The notes under the pieces were generated by a model that was not told where the DNA came from, searched no databases, and worked only from the letters and a program-made list of their open reading frames with translations. Source: Candidatus Foliamicus sp. (GTDB lineage Bacteria; Pseudomonadota; Gammaproteobacteria; Steroidobacterales; Foliamicaceae). From it: DNA of 64,000 bases. A program made the position numbers and the translations under genes. Where the stretch lies: NCBI GenBank assembly GCA_965221325.1, contig OZ244880.1, one strand, 5' to 3'. Of the stretch, positions 32,463 to 40,281 are shown piece by piece (the stretch's first letter is position 1; every line of letters starts with the position of its first letter).

Positions 32463-33908
32463 ATGTTCATAGCACGAAATGCTGGTGAGGTGCTGGCGGA
32501 ACACACTGGAGGAAAGACGGAGGACCCCTTCGGCATGCAAACAGGAGTTCGTCCTCTGTGGGCGATGCAGGTCGGCAAGCCGCATCCAACGGGTATCAAG
32601 CTAAACGTCTTGGTTCGCTTGCCACCAAGCGACAAAATCGACAATCAGATTCGCGGAGTCGTCGACGTACCGGGCCACCCTTTTGGAGACGAAGAGAGAT
32701 GCTACTTGGCAAAAGTACTTATCGAGGCTGTTGACGATATTCCGCAATGCAAATTTGAGTATCAAGTAGTGGACTGGGTGGCGACTGAAGGGGGCAAGGG
32801 CATCCAAGTCGCCCAGTGCCGCCCAATAGCGGTCTCAGTTGGTCGAGATTTCGTTAACTTAAGGGTGTTTGAGCCACCAGACATTCAAGAGCCTCTTGAG
32901 AACAGCCAGATAAGTGCAGAGCAGCAAGACGAGTGGATTCGCGAATACGCTGCTAACAGGTACTGTCGGTACCTGACGAGGCAGGAGTTGAACCAGCGTT
33001 TTCAAGATCTGTTGGTGAACATCCAAGTTCTCACACCATCCGGACGATTGGGGTTGAGCACCGACGAGACTTGGTACCGCCTGCTGCAGCACGTTATTGA
33101 CGAGATGCAATTCAGGGGTGAGCCGCCAACCGCTTCTAACCATCACCCTCATGTGCAAAGGTCCCGACCGTTTTTCGACGGTGAATTCTGCCGGAAGGCG
33201 GCGAAAGTGGTTGCTGCGAGTTCCACTGATCAAGACGTGCTCGTAAAGTACGGCAAGCGCGAGCACATGTATTCACTATTCCAGAGGGGCATCGTGTATC
33301 TGAACCCTGCCACCTGGTACAGCGCGTCCGACCACAATCAGGCTATCGAAGACAACGAACTGGCTATTGGCTTCAAGGGTGGATTCATAAGGACCACCCG
33401 TCCTCTGCAGTTTTACGACAGGAACAATGCGCCACCGATGGAAATTGCCGCCCGCGCCGTAGGATTTCGAACGATATACGAGCTTCCAGAGTTGCATAGC
33501 GACCAATTTTGCACTGCCACCATACAAGCACCTACGGACTACTGGATGTTCTGCATGGCCGATATTCTCGACCCAAGGCTCTTCGCCGACTTCCAAGCCG
33601 ATTGCTGCCTCATCATCAAGCGTAGGCCGTTCGCGGAACGCCTGTTGCGGACTGCCGCGGAGCAGCTGACCAATGAAACGTGCTACTTCGACCGCGTCCA
33701 GTATGTGGATCCTCTAGGTGCTTGGCCTGCTAGCACACACGTAACGAATTCCATCCCGCTCCACATGACAAAGGTGTTTCGTTACGCCTATCAGAGGGAG
33801 GCCCGCTTCGCCATTGTCCCCAATGAAGGCCGAGATGACCTGCAACCAAGAGAAATCGAAGTCGGATCAATCTCGGATATTGCCGATCTCGTGCCGCTCA
33901 TGGGCTAA
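32463..33908 (+). CDS. Hypothetical 481-aa protein; C-terminal half weakly DUF2971-like
   Basis: GGAG lies 8 nt before ATG 32463. Intact long ORF in AT-richer DNA. The C-terminal segment LVKYGKREHMYSLFQRGIVYLNPATWYS...EDNE ... YWMFCMAD ... VFRYAYQREARFAIVP resembles the DUF2971 layout, recognised by eye only. Confidence 0.6.
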   Translation: MFIARNAGEVLAEHTGGKTEDPFGMQTGVRPLWAMQVGKPHPTGIKLNVLVRLPPSDKIDNQIRGVVDVPGHPFGDEERCYLAKVLIEAVDDIPQCKFEYQVVDWVATEGGKGIQVAQCRPIAVSVGRDFVNLRVFEPPDIQEPLENSQISAEQQDEWIREYAANRYCRYLTRQELNQRFQDLLVNIQVLTPSGRLGLSTDETWYRLLQHVIDEMQFRGEPPTASNHHPHVQRSRPFFDGEFCRKAAKVVAASSTDQDVLVKYGKREHMYSLFQRGIVYLNPATWYSASDHNQAIEDNELAIGFKGGFIRTTRPLQFYDRNNAPPMEIAARAVGFRTIYELPELHSDQFCTATIQAPTDYWMFCMADILDPRLFADFQADCCLIIKRRPFAERLLRTAAEQLTNETCYFDRVQYVDPLGAWPASTHVTNSIPLHMTKVFRYAYQREARFAIVPNEGRDDLQPREIEVGSISDIADLVPLMG

Positions 33909-34338
33909 TAGGGCGCATACGCCATACATGACCGGGCTGGTGCTGCGCCTCGCGCAATTCACCCGTGCCCCGGTCAATGACCTCGTCGTTTGGGCCGCGC
34001 ATTCCACGAACAGCTTCTCGCCCGCACGTTAGTCTTGGCGCATGACCATGTCCAGCCGGCCTAGCCAGGCGCGATTTTGCTCGCAAAACCAACTGTATTG
34101 GTAGCCGTCGCGGCACGACGACCGATGGATACTCCTGCCGCAGCAGGAACAACTCCGCACCCTTGCTCTGGAGTCAGTGGAAAGCTTCCAATGGACTGGG
34201 TGACCGCTTTCGATCGAAATCAGTGGCAAACTTCATCTGAAATACGCAGGCCCGCCGAAGCTGGCTAGTCCCAGATGTAGTGAACCCGCGCTGCTTCCTG
34301 CCCTTTTGGGCCTGACGTATACTGTCCGCAAGAACAAG

Positions 34339-34632
34339 ATGCCCCAAGCTCGGGCGATACGCCTAACCGCGCCGGATGGCGGGGCGTTATACAAGAGGTC
34401 ATCGACGCGGCGCGACGCCGCAAGGGGGACCGATGCCCATTGGACTGAAGGTCGAGGAACGATCGACCCTATCGCCAGTGCCGTTCGCATCGCGCGGACC
34501 GCGCCCGGCGAAGAAGAACAGCTTGTCGATACGTGCAAGCGCAAGGGAGGCAGGTCCCGAACGCAGAAGATGGGCCTTGAGCGACGGCGGGAAATCGCGA
34601 GAGCCGCCGCCGCATGGCGGGCCAGTACTTGA
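34339..34632 (+). CDS. Small basic protein with C-terminal GGRSRTQKMGLERRREIARAAAAW motif (hypothetical)
   Basis: ATG 34339 follows a TATACT hexamer. The C-terminal motif resembles the GG-K-x-R-x3-L-x2-E-R-x-EIARKAA-x-ARW tails of small bacterial proteins. Stop lies 13 nt before the next ORF. No clear RBS. Confidence 0.3.
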   Translation: MPQARAIRLTAPDGGALYKRSSTRRDAARGTDAHWTEGRGTIDPIASAVRIARTAPGEEEQLVDTCKRKGGRSRTQKMGLERRREIARAAAAWRAST

Positions 34633-34645
34633 CCGGCGCATAGCT

Positions 34646-34921
34646 ATGAAATCCGATAATTGGGCCATCATGGGCGCCGAGGTCGCCATCTTCGCCTTGA
34701 ATATCGCGGCTATGACGGTGCTGACGCTGAGTACAAGCAACCGGCTCGACTGGCTTGAGGCGTCGGTCAACAGCCGCCTGGACTCCATCGACAGACGGCT
34801 GGATTGCTTCAAGGTCGAGCTTGTTCACCTACGCAATGATGTCGGCACGCTCGCCGAGCGTGTCTCACATATCGAAGGGCGGCTGGCCATAGATCGAGCA
34901 GGCGGGCGCGCCGCACCGTGA
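34646..34921 (+). CDS. Small membrane-anchored coiled-coil protein (hypothetical)
   Basis: MKSDNWAIMGAEVAIFALNIAAMTVLTLS (TM) is followed by heptad-like NRLDWLEASVNSRLDSIDRRLDCFKVELVHLRNDVGTLAERVSHIEGRL. Stop overlaps the methyltransferase GTG (GTGA at 34918-34921). No clear RBS. Confidence 0.35.
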   Translation: MKSDNWAIMGAEVAIFALNIAAMTVLTLSTSNRLDWLEASVNSRLDSIDRRLDCFKVELVHLRNDVGTLAERVSHIEGRLAIDRAGGRAAP

Positions 34922-36516
34922 AGTTTCAACCGGACTCGCTGTACTGCGGGGATTGTCTCGACATCATGCGAGCGTGGCCCGACGGCTGCATCGATCTCTG
35001 CTATCTCGACCCGCCGTTCAACTCCAAGACGGACTACAACATCCTGTTCGGGCAGGATCGGGCGCGGACCAATGGCGGCAAGTTCGCCCAATTTGTCGCG
35101 TTCGAGGATACATGGATGTGGGACGATGCCGCTCAGGACCGCGTCGATTCCATTGAGCGCGCAGTCGCGCATCCGGCGCATAAGATCGTCAAGGGTCTGC
35201 GCTACGCGATTGGCGACTGCGGCATGCTCGCCTATCTCTCGTACATGGCCGAGCGCCTGGTCGAAATTAGGCGCGTTCTGAAGCCGACAGGGAGCGTCTA
35301 CCTGCATTGCGACCCCACTGCGAGTCATTACCTCAAAGCCGCATTGGATGGCGTGTTCGGAGCCAAGTGCTTCCTGAACGAAGTAAGCTGGCGACGCACA
35401 ACGACGAAGGGCGACTATCGACAGGGCGCGCTCAACTGGCCGCGCGTACGCGATGTGCTGCTGCATTACGCAAGCGATCCGCGCGGCGGCGGGCGAATGT
35501 TCCGGCAGCCGTTCACCGAATACGATCCCGCCTACATCAAGAGTCACTACTCCATGGTCGAGCCGGACACCGGTCGGCGTTATCGGTTGGACAATTTGAC
35601 CGCGCCAGGCGCGGGCTCACGTGGGCACCCGAAGTACGAACTCATGGGCGTCGAGCGGCACTGGCGATACAACGCCGAGAAAATGGCCGATCTGATCGCG
35701 GCGGGTCGCGTCGTCCAGACCGCGCCCGGTCGGGTACCAGCCTACAAACGATACCTCGACGAAATGCCCGGCGTGGCGGTGGGCGACGACTGGAGCGACA
35801 TCAAACCGATCAATTCTCAGGCAAAGGAACGCTTAGGTTATCCGACTCAAAAGCCCGAGGCGCTGCTGAGGCGTGTCATAGAGGCATCCAGCAACGAAGG
35901 GGACATCGTTCTGGACCCGTTCGCTGGATGTGGCACCACGGTGGTTGCGGCCCGCAATCTTAAGCGTCGTTTCGTCGGAATTGACATCTCGCACTTCGCT
36001 ATCGACATCGTTCGGGAGCGCCGATTGCAGGACAAAAGCATCCCGATCAACGGCTTCCCGGTGGATCTGCCGAGCGCCGAGATGTTGGCGCGGGAGGTCC
36101 CGTTCGAGTTCGAGAAATGGGCGATCACACGGATACCCGGCATGGTGCCGAACGCCGTGCAGATTGGCGATGGTGGTATCGACGGTCGCGGCATAATCCA
36201 CGGAGACGGCTCGCTTGTGCTCGCCCAGGTGAAGGGTGGGCGCTCATTCCAGCTCGGTCACGTCCGGGACTTCCGACACGTTCTAACGCGCGAGCAAGCC
36301 GCCTGCGGCGTGTTCACGACGCTCCGACCTGTCACGTCGCCCAAGGCGAAGGCGGAAGCGAAAGGCGCCGGATATCTCAAGTTCGGTGCGAACCGCTATC
36401 CGGCGGCGCAGTTGTGGTCGATTCAGGACTATTTTCAGGAGCGTCTCCCGATGCTCCCACCTTTGGCCGACCCGTACACCGGGAAGGCCATGCAACTAGA
36501 CATGCTAGCGCATTAG
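34918..36516 (+). CDS. Beta-class N6-adenine/N4-cytosine DNA methyltransferase fused to a C-terminal Mrr-like PD-(D/E)xK nuclease domain
   Basis: Motif IV DPPFN at the N-terminus (GDCLDIMRAWPDGCIDLCYLDPPFN) and motif I GDIVLDPFAGCGTTVVAA after a long insert give beta-class order. C-terminal FEFEKWAI...GDGGIDGRGII...LAQVKGG...GVFTT matches the Mrr_cat pattern. Confidence 0.85.
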   Translation: MKFQPDSLYCGDCLDIMRAWPDGCIDLCYLDPPFNSKTDYNILFGQDRARTNGGKFAQFVAFEDTWMWDDAAQDRVDSIERAVAHPAHKIVKGLRYAIGDCGMLAYLSYMAERLVEIRRVLKPTGSVYLHCDPTASHYLKAALDGVFGAKCFLNEVSWRRTTTKGDYRQGALNWPRVRDVLLHYASDPRGGGRMFRQPFTEYDPAYIKSHYSMVEPDTGRRYRLDNLTAPGAGSRGHPKYELMGVERHWRYNAEKMADLIAAGRVVQTAPGRVPAYKRYLDEMPGVAVGDDWSDIKPINSQAKERLGYPTQKPEALLRRVIEASSNEGDIVLDPFAGCGTTVVAARNLKRRFVGIDISHFAIDIVRERRLQDKSIPINGFPVDLPSAEMLAREVPFEFEKWAITRIPGMVPNAVQIGDGGIDGRGIIHGDGSLVLAQVKGGRSFQLGHVRDFRHVLTREQAACGVFTTLRPVTSPKAKAEAKGAGYLKFGANRYPAAQLWSIQDYFQERLPMLPPLADPYTGKAMQLDMLAH

Positions 36517-36566
36517 ACTGGCTAAAATGCCTGACATATATTGTTGATTGCGCGCCAATTGACGGC

Positions 36567-36879
36567 ATGAACAAGCTATCCGAAACCAAGCGCACCACAA
36601 CCTGACGATGCGCAGGGGATGCGCCGATTTATCCGCCTCACCAACGCGTTCAGCAAGCGAGTCGAGAAGCACACGACGATGCGGAGCCTCTACTTCGTGC
36701 ATTACAATTTCTGCCGCTTTCACCAAACGCTGAAGGTCGCGCCCGCGATGTCGGCCGGACTGAACACCACCTTGCGAGACTACGAATGGATCGTGGTTCT
36801 GATCGACGCCGCAGCGCCGAAGGCTCGGAAGACCGGCCCGAAGCCCGGAAGCGGCGGACGGCACCGTAAAGCAAACTGA
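36567..36879 (+). pseudogene. Internally deleted DDE transposase remnant (IS1-like C-terminus)
   Basis: MNKLSETKRTTT-stop (36567-36605) resembles the N-terminus of a transposase family. ORF 36619..36879 (RLTNAFSKRVEKHTTMRSLYFVHYNFCRFHQTLKVAPAMSAGL) matches only the last ~85 aa. The catalytic core is missing. Confidence 0.6.
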
Positions 36880-37484
36880 TGCACTATCCGCGTAAGCGTT
36901 TCGGAACCGGATTTGAACGCTAGCGTACGCACTTGGTCGCGCTCTTGGCCGGAGGCATACTGGAAGCGCCAAGTGTCGTTGCGTAACCAGTGAGGAACTC
37001 GGGTATCCACTTTCGGCATCCGGGATGGAGTCTACAGCCGCTGATTGGGTCGCACGGGTCGGTGCTTCCACTTTAGCGGGCGCGAGCGTATTTCATGGGC
37101 GTGCGCATTCTTCAGCTGCCATTAACAGCACCGCTTCGCGTCCCGTGCGCTGGCGCCGGGCGAGATTCGGTCCATATTCGGAAAGACGCTCAGACATCGG
37201 AACGTGCGGAGCACGGCCCGTTACACCCGCGATCCGGTCAACCCACCTGCGCGCTTGGCCAAGAGCCTTTGGGTGGATCTAGCGAGTGACGGCGAGTTGG
37301 CGTATTGCAGGGGGCTGCATCTTCGCTGCCTAGACTCCGTACCGCCGATGGCGAAAGGGACGCTGATAGTAGTAGAGCAGCCTTATGCAGCCAGCACTCA
37401 CTAAACAAATAATACCAGTGGTTGACGGGGACTGGGCTGGCGAGCGGGGCACGGGCATCTAAATTTTATCCTCCCGCAATCTTG

Positions 37485-38381
37485 TCATGCCGGCCACCAA
37501 TCACTCTTCGATTTGACGGTCAAAGAAAGGACTACGTCATCATCTCCCTTAACGCTTGAGATAAACCAGTCGTATCGTGGTGCACTCTTCTCAACCAAAG
37601 GACACACGTAGAATGCAAAAAATGTTGCCTTGTTTTCTGCTCCCTGAACGGCGGTCAGGCTTGCGTCGTCTTCGATTAGGTCTACGCAATCTTCTGTGAG
37701 TCCGCCAAATGCGGGAGATTTGATCAGTTCCGCTAGCACATATTTCAAGCCAGGTTCGTGTACAAAGCTCATTACTTTTGGATCAACTTTCACCCCAGAG
37801 ACCGTACGGACACGGCAGATGAATATGCCTTTTGGTTGAATGGCTTCGCCTAAAGATACGCAGTATTGATTGTCTGGGATGTCCTCCTCCATTCGATTCT
37901 GCGGACGAAGGAAGGCTTCACTTCGACTGATGTGAATCCAACCAAGCATCTGCAGAAAAATCTCAGGTTTGTTGTTCAATCTCGTAGGCACAAAGCCGTG
38001 GAGGTTTTTGGCGCTACTCACGAAGGGGTTCTCGGTGCGGCCCGGCAAATCCGTTCCGGAAATATGGAAGTTCCCGTCGGCATGCCAGTGCATTTTCACA
38101 TCTTGCGTGTTGGCTTGCATCATGGTACGCCAAATGTTGTTGCCTAAATATTCGATCGCTATGCCTCCCAGCGAAGCGATATGGTTGTTGACCAAAAATT
38201 CATATTTGGACGGTTGCCCGGCAAGATCCCTCTTTTCGATGAAGCATCGTTTGTTGGGAGCATCGACGTATTTCGGCGGCGCCATTACCGCGAGGCTTTC
38301 ACCTTGATCGCCGATGACAAATCTAAACGCCTTGAACGTGTGTCCCTCATGTTCAAATGCGATAACGCCATTCGTTTCCAT
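37485..38381 (-). CDS. Hypothetical 298-aa protein, no recognisable family
   Basis: GGAAGGA RBS 8 nt before the ATG. Intact ORF in the most AT-rich DNA of the window. No motif I can name. Confidence 0.55.
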   Translation of the reverse strand: METNGVIAFEHEGHTFKAFRFVIGDQGESLAVMAPPKYVDAPNKRCFIEKRDLAGQPSKYEFLVNNHIASLGGIAIEYLGNNIWRTMMQANTQDVKMHWHADGNFHISGTDLPGRTENPFVSSAKNLHGFVPTRLNNKPEIFLQMLGWIHISRSEAFLRPQNRMEEDIPDNQYCVSLGEAIQPKGIFICRVRTVSGVKVDPKVMSFVHEPGLKYVLAELIKSPAFGGLTEDCVDLIEDDASLTAVQGAENKATFFAFYVCPLVEKSAPRYDWFISSVKGDDDVVLSLTVKSKSDWWPA

Positions 38382-38569
38382 TTGCGAATCCTTCCGACTA
38401 AACCGTATCGGGCTCTTTGGAAGCCGATTGCATCTGAGAATCTGGAGCCATGAGACAGTGTAACAGTTATTCCTCGGAGGAACGGGAACGGGTGGTCCAG
38501 CCTGTCGTATGCGATGCAGACGTGGAGCATGTCCTCGGAAAATTCAAACTGCGCGCTGAACCACTGTAG

Positions 38570-38870
38570 AGATTCCAGGACTCAGTGCGTGAGCTGTCGT
38601 TGACGCCGTCCAAAGCTAAGGCAAACCTGAGCTACCTCAACAGCGCCGTTCTGTCCGCCCTGCGTGATCTGCGCGTTGGCTCGGTCGCCCGAGTGTCACC
38701 GGCATTGCCTTAATCTCCCGCACTTACGGGCGCAGAAAGCCGAGCGGCGAACCTGAGTCATGAGATGCTGCGCAACATGTTCGGCTACGCCATCGCGTGG
38801 GGCCCTTGGCGAGAAGCCGTCGGCAACCCAATTGAGGGCATCGGACACTTCAACCGCGCCTCGTTCAATT
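38570..38870 (+). pseudogene. Tyrosine-integrase N-terminal (SAM-like domain) fragment with in-frame stop
   Basis: One frame reads RFQDSVRELSLTPSKAKANLSYLNSAVLSALRDLRVGSVARVSPALP*SPALTGAESRAANLSHEMLRNMFGYAIAWGPWREAVGNPIEGIGHF. The ..LPALG..v..vtr.dv.. and ..AN..l..l..mF..A..WG....NP...i..f pattern is integrase-like. TAA at 38711-38713. Similarity ends near 38870 and no catalytic domain follows. Confidence 0.45.
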
Positions 38871-39607
38871 CGGTTGACCAGAGCTCTCGCAAGCTCCTTG
38901 TTAAGGTACTCACTGGGCGTAGAGGGCATTCCAACATTTTCTGGTGTGTAGCTGGCAACTCTGCGGATATTCTCGAAATCCACGCCATCAAAATGGTTGC
39001 CTAAAATGCGATAGACCTCATTTTCTGGAATGTGCTTTACTGTGCTTACCCACTCTATAGGAAACCCAAGCATACTAACGATGTCGGACAGTTTAAGGTC
39101 GAGGAACTTGAATCCTCCTGTTGCGACAGTGCGTCTTGGACAGGAATGATTTGGAAAAGCGTTTGCACACTTGAGGACAATACGCGCAAGCTTACCGAGA
39201 TGCTCAAGGCAACAATCAACAACATCTCGGTGGAGAAGCGCTTTAGGAACCGCCTGTTTATTTCCAGCAAATCTATAGCTCCAAAGCAAATTCCCTTCAC
39301 AATCTTTACTCGTTGTCCCAACCAAGGAAACTCGTCCTTCTTTCTGCGAAAAATTCCTCAACTCCAAAAAATACTTCATTCCGGCATCTTCCCTCATTTT
39401 CTTTCGGCGTTTTACCCACCATTCCTTGAATCCAGGGACCCTTCGCATTTCTTTCTGAAGCAAAAAAGTTACACTTCGGGCAGCCGATAGAAATGCGTTA
39501 AATTCATATGTGAAGTTCTCCCCATTCAGCGCTCGTAATCTGCGCGCAAAATTTTCGGCTTCGAGAATTTTTTCTTCAACCAACAAAAGGCTGTTTAACT
39601 GGGCCAT
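38696..39607 (-). CDS. Hypothetical ~303-aa protein; the 3' ~58 codons run antisense through the integrase remnant
   Basis: ATG 39605-39607 follows a purine-rich stretch (the ORF-track start at 39628 is TTG). The N-terminal helical region has FNAFLSAARSVTFLLQKE and LELRNFSQKEG. The AT-rich body ends near 38880, but the reading frame continues into GC-rich DNA to the stop at 38696. Confidence 0.5.
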   Translation of the reverse strand: MAQLNSLLLVEEKILEAENFARRLRALNGENFTYEFNAFLSAARSVTFLLQKEMRRVPGFKEWWVKRRKKMREDAGMKYFLELRNFSQKEGRVSLVGTTSKDCEGNLLWSYRFAGNKQAVPKALLHRDVVDCCLEHLGKLARIVLKCANAFPNHSCPRRTVATGGFKFLDLKLSDIVSMLGFPIEWVSTVKHIPENEVYRILGNHFDGVDFENIRRVASYTPENVGMPSTPSEYLNKELARALVNRIERGAVEVSDALNWVADGFSPRAPRDGVAEHVAQHLMTQVRRSAFCARKCGRLRQCR

Positions 39608-39760
39608 TCTGCTCTCTTCCTCGATCAATCCCAGAAGACTTTATCGTCGTATGGAGTGTTCCGGGAATAGTTGACACCATCGCGCCTCAAAGTGAGGTTG
39701 CTTCAAAGGCTTCGGGGAGTGACACCGCCAAGATGGCTATTGTCCATGTCGTCTCCGGCG

Positions 39761-40213
39761 TCAGTAGCCCATGTCCAGAACCTGGGCATCTGCGGCCAGT
39801 TTGTCAAGCGCCCGGCGCCGGCCCGCATCCGTCGTGTTCTTGTAGCGCATGATGGCGTCGGAATGGACGCGGCGGTGCGTTCCGACCTTGTGAAAGGGGA
39901 TGGTGCCCGATTCGAGAAGCTTGACGAGGAAGGGGCGCGAGACATTGAGTAAGTCGGCCGCCTGCTGGGTGGTTAGCTTGGTGTCCTTGCGAATCACTGC
40001 GACCGAGCTGCCAGACGCTATACCCTCAAGAGCTTCCAGCAGCATGTCGCCGGCCGATGCCGGCAGCTTGATTGCCTCGTCTCCGTGAGCGTCGCTGACA
40101 AGGAGCGATGGGGCGGGGTCCGCGCCCAGCAAAGCGCGCAGGCGTTCACTTGATTCTTGTGCGATCTCGGCATCCGCTTTCGAAGGAAGGATTGAGTGTG
40201 TCTGCATGTTCAT
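39761..40213 (-). CDS. Excisionase-family (HTH_17/MerR-like) DNA-binding protein, antitoxin-type
   Basis: LTTQQAADLLNVSRPFLVKLLESGTIPFHKVGTHRRVHSDAIMRYK is the excisionase-type HTH. The 150-aa layout ending LDKLAADAQVLDMGY resembles antitoxins paired with PIN toxins. Confidence 0.65.
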   Translation of the reverse strand: MNMQTHSILPSKADAEIAQESSERLRALLGADPAPSLLVSDAHGDEAIKLPASAGDMLLEALEGIASGSSVAVIRKDTKLTTQQAADLLNVSRPFLVKLLESGTIPFHKVGTHRRVHSDAIMRYKNTTDAGRRRALDKLAADAQVLDMGY

Positions 40214-40260
40214 TATTCATCCCCGCGCCTCTGCGCGGCTTCACGGCCACCCTAGCGGCT

Positions 40261-40281
40261 GATATTGCTAAACGCAATATC
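40261..40281. promoter_or_regulatory. Dyad GATATTGC-N5-GCAATATC, candidate operator upstream of the HTH gene
   Basis: Perfect 8-bp inverted arms centred about 58 bp upstream of the start codon at 40213. Confidence 0.35.

Noticed and set aside
34029-34229. Minus-strand 66-aa ORF with CSCCGRSIHRSSCRDGYQYSWFCEQNRAWL, considered as an IS91-type zinc-binding transposase remnant.
   Set aside because: Only the SCR...WL spacing matches. The CPxC cysteines and the following YFHVVFTLP block are absent in all frames. It is left as unannotated island DNA.
36505-37071. 188-aa minus-strand ORF spanning the transposase remnant and the GC-rich spacer.
   Set aside because: It is antisense to the recognisable transposase C-terminal fragment, has Arg/Ser/Ala-rich composition, and has no motifs or RBS.
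39630-39760. Remnant of a PIN/VapC toxin downstream of the HTH antitoxin-type gene.
   Set aside because: The three minus-strand frames give only RRRRHGQ*, DAGDDMDNSHLGGVTPRSL* and HGLLTPETTWTIAILAVSLPEAFEATSL*. None has the N-terminal Asp-containing PIN motif, and the weak AILAV..E resemblance is not enough.
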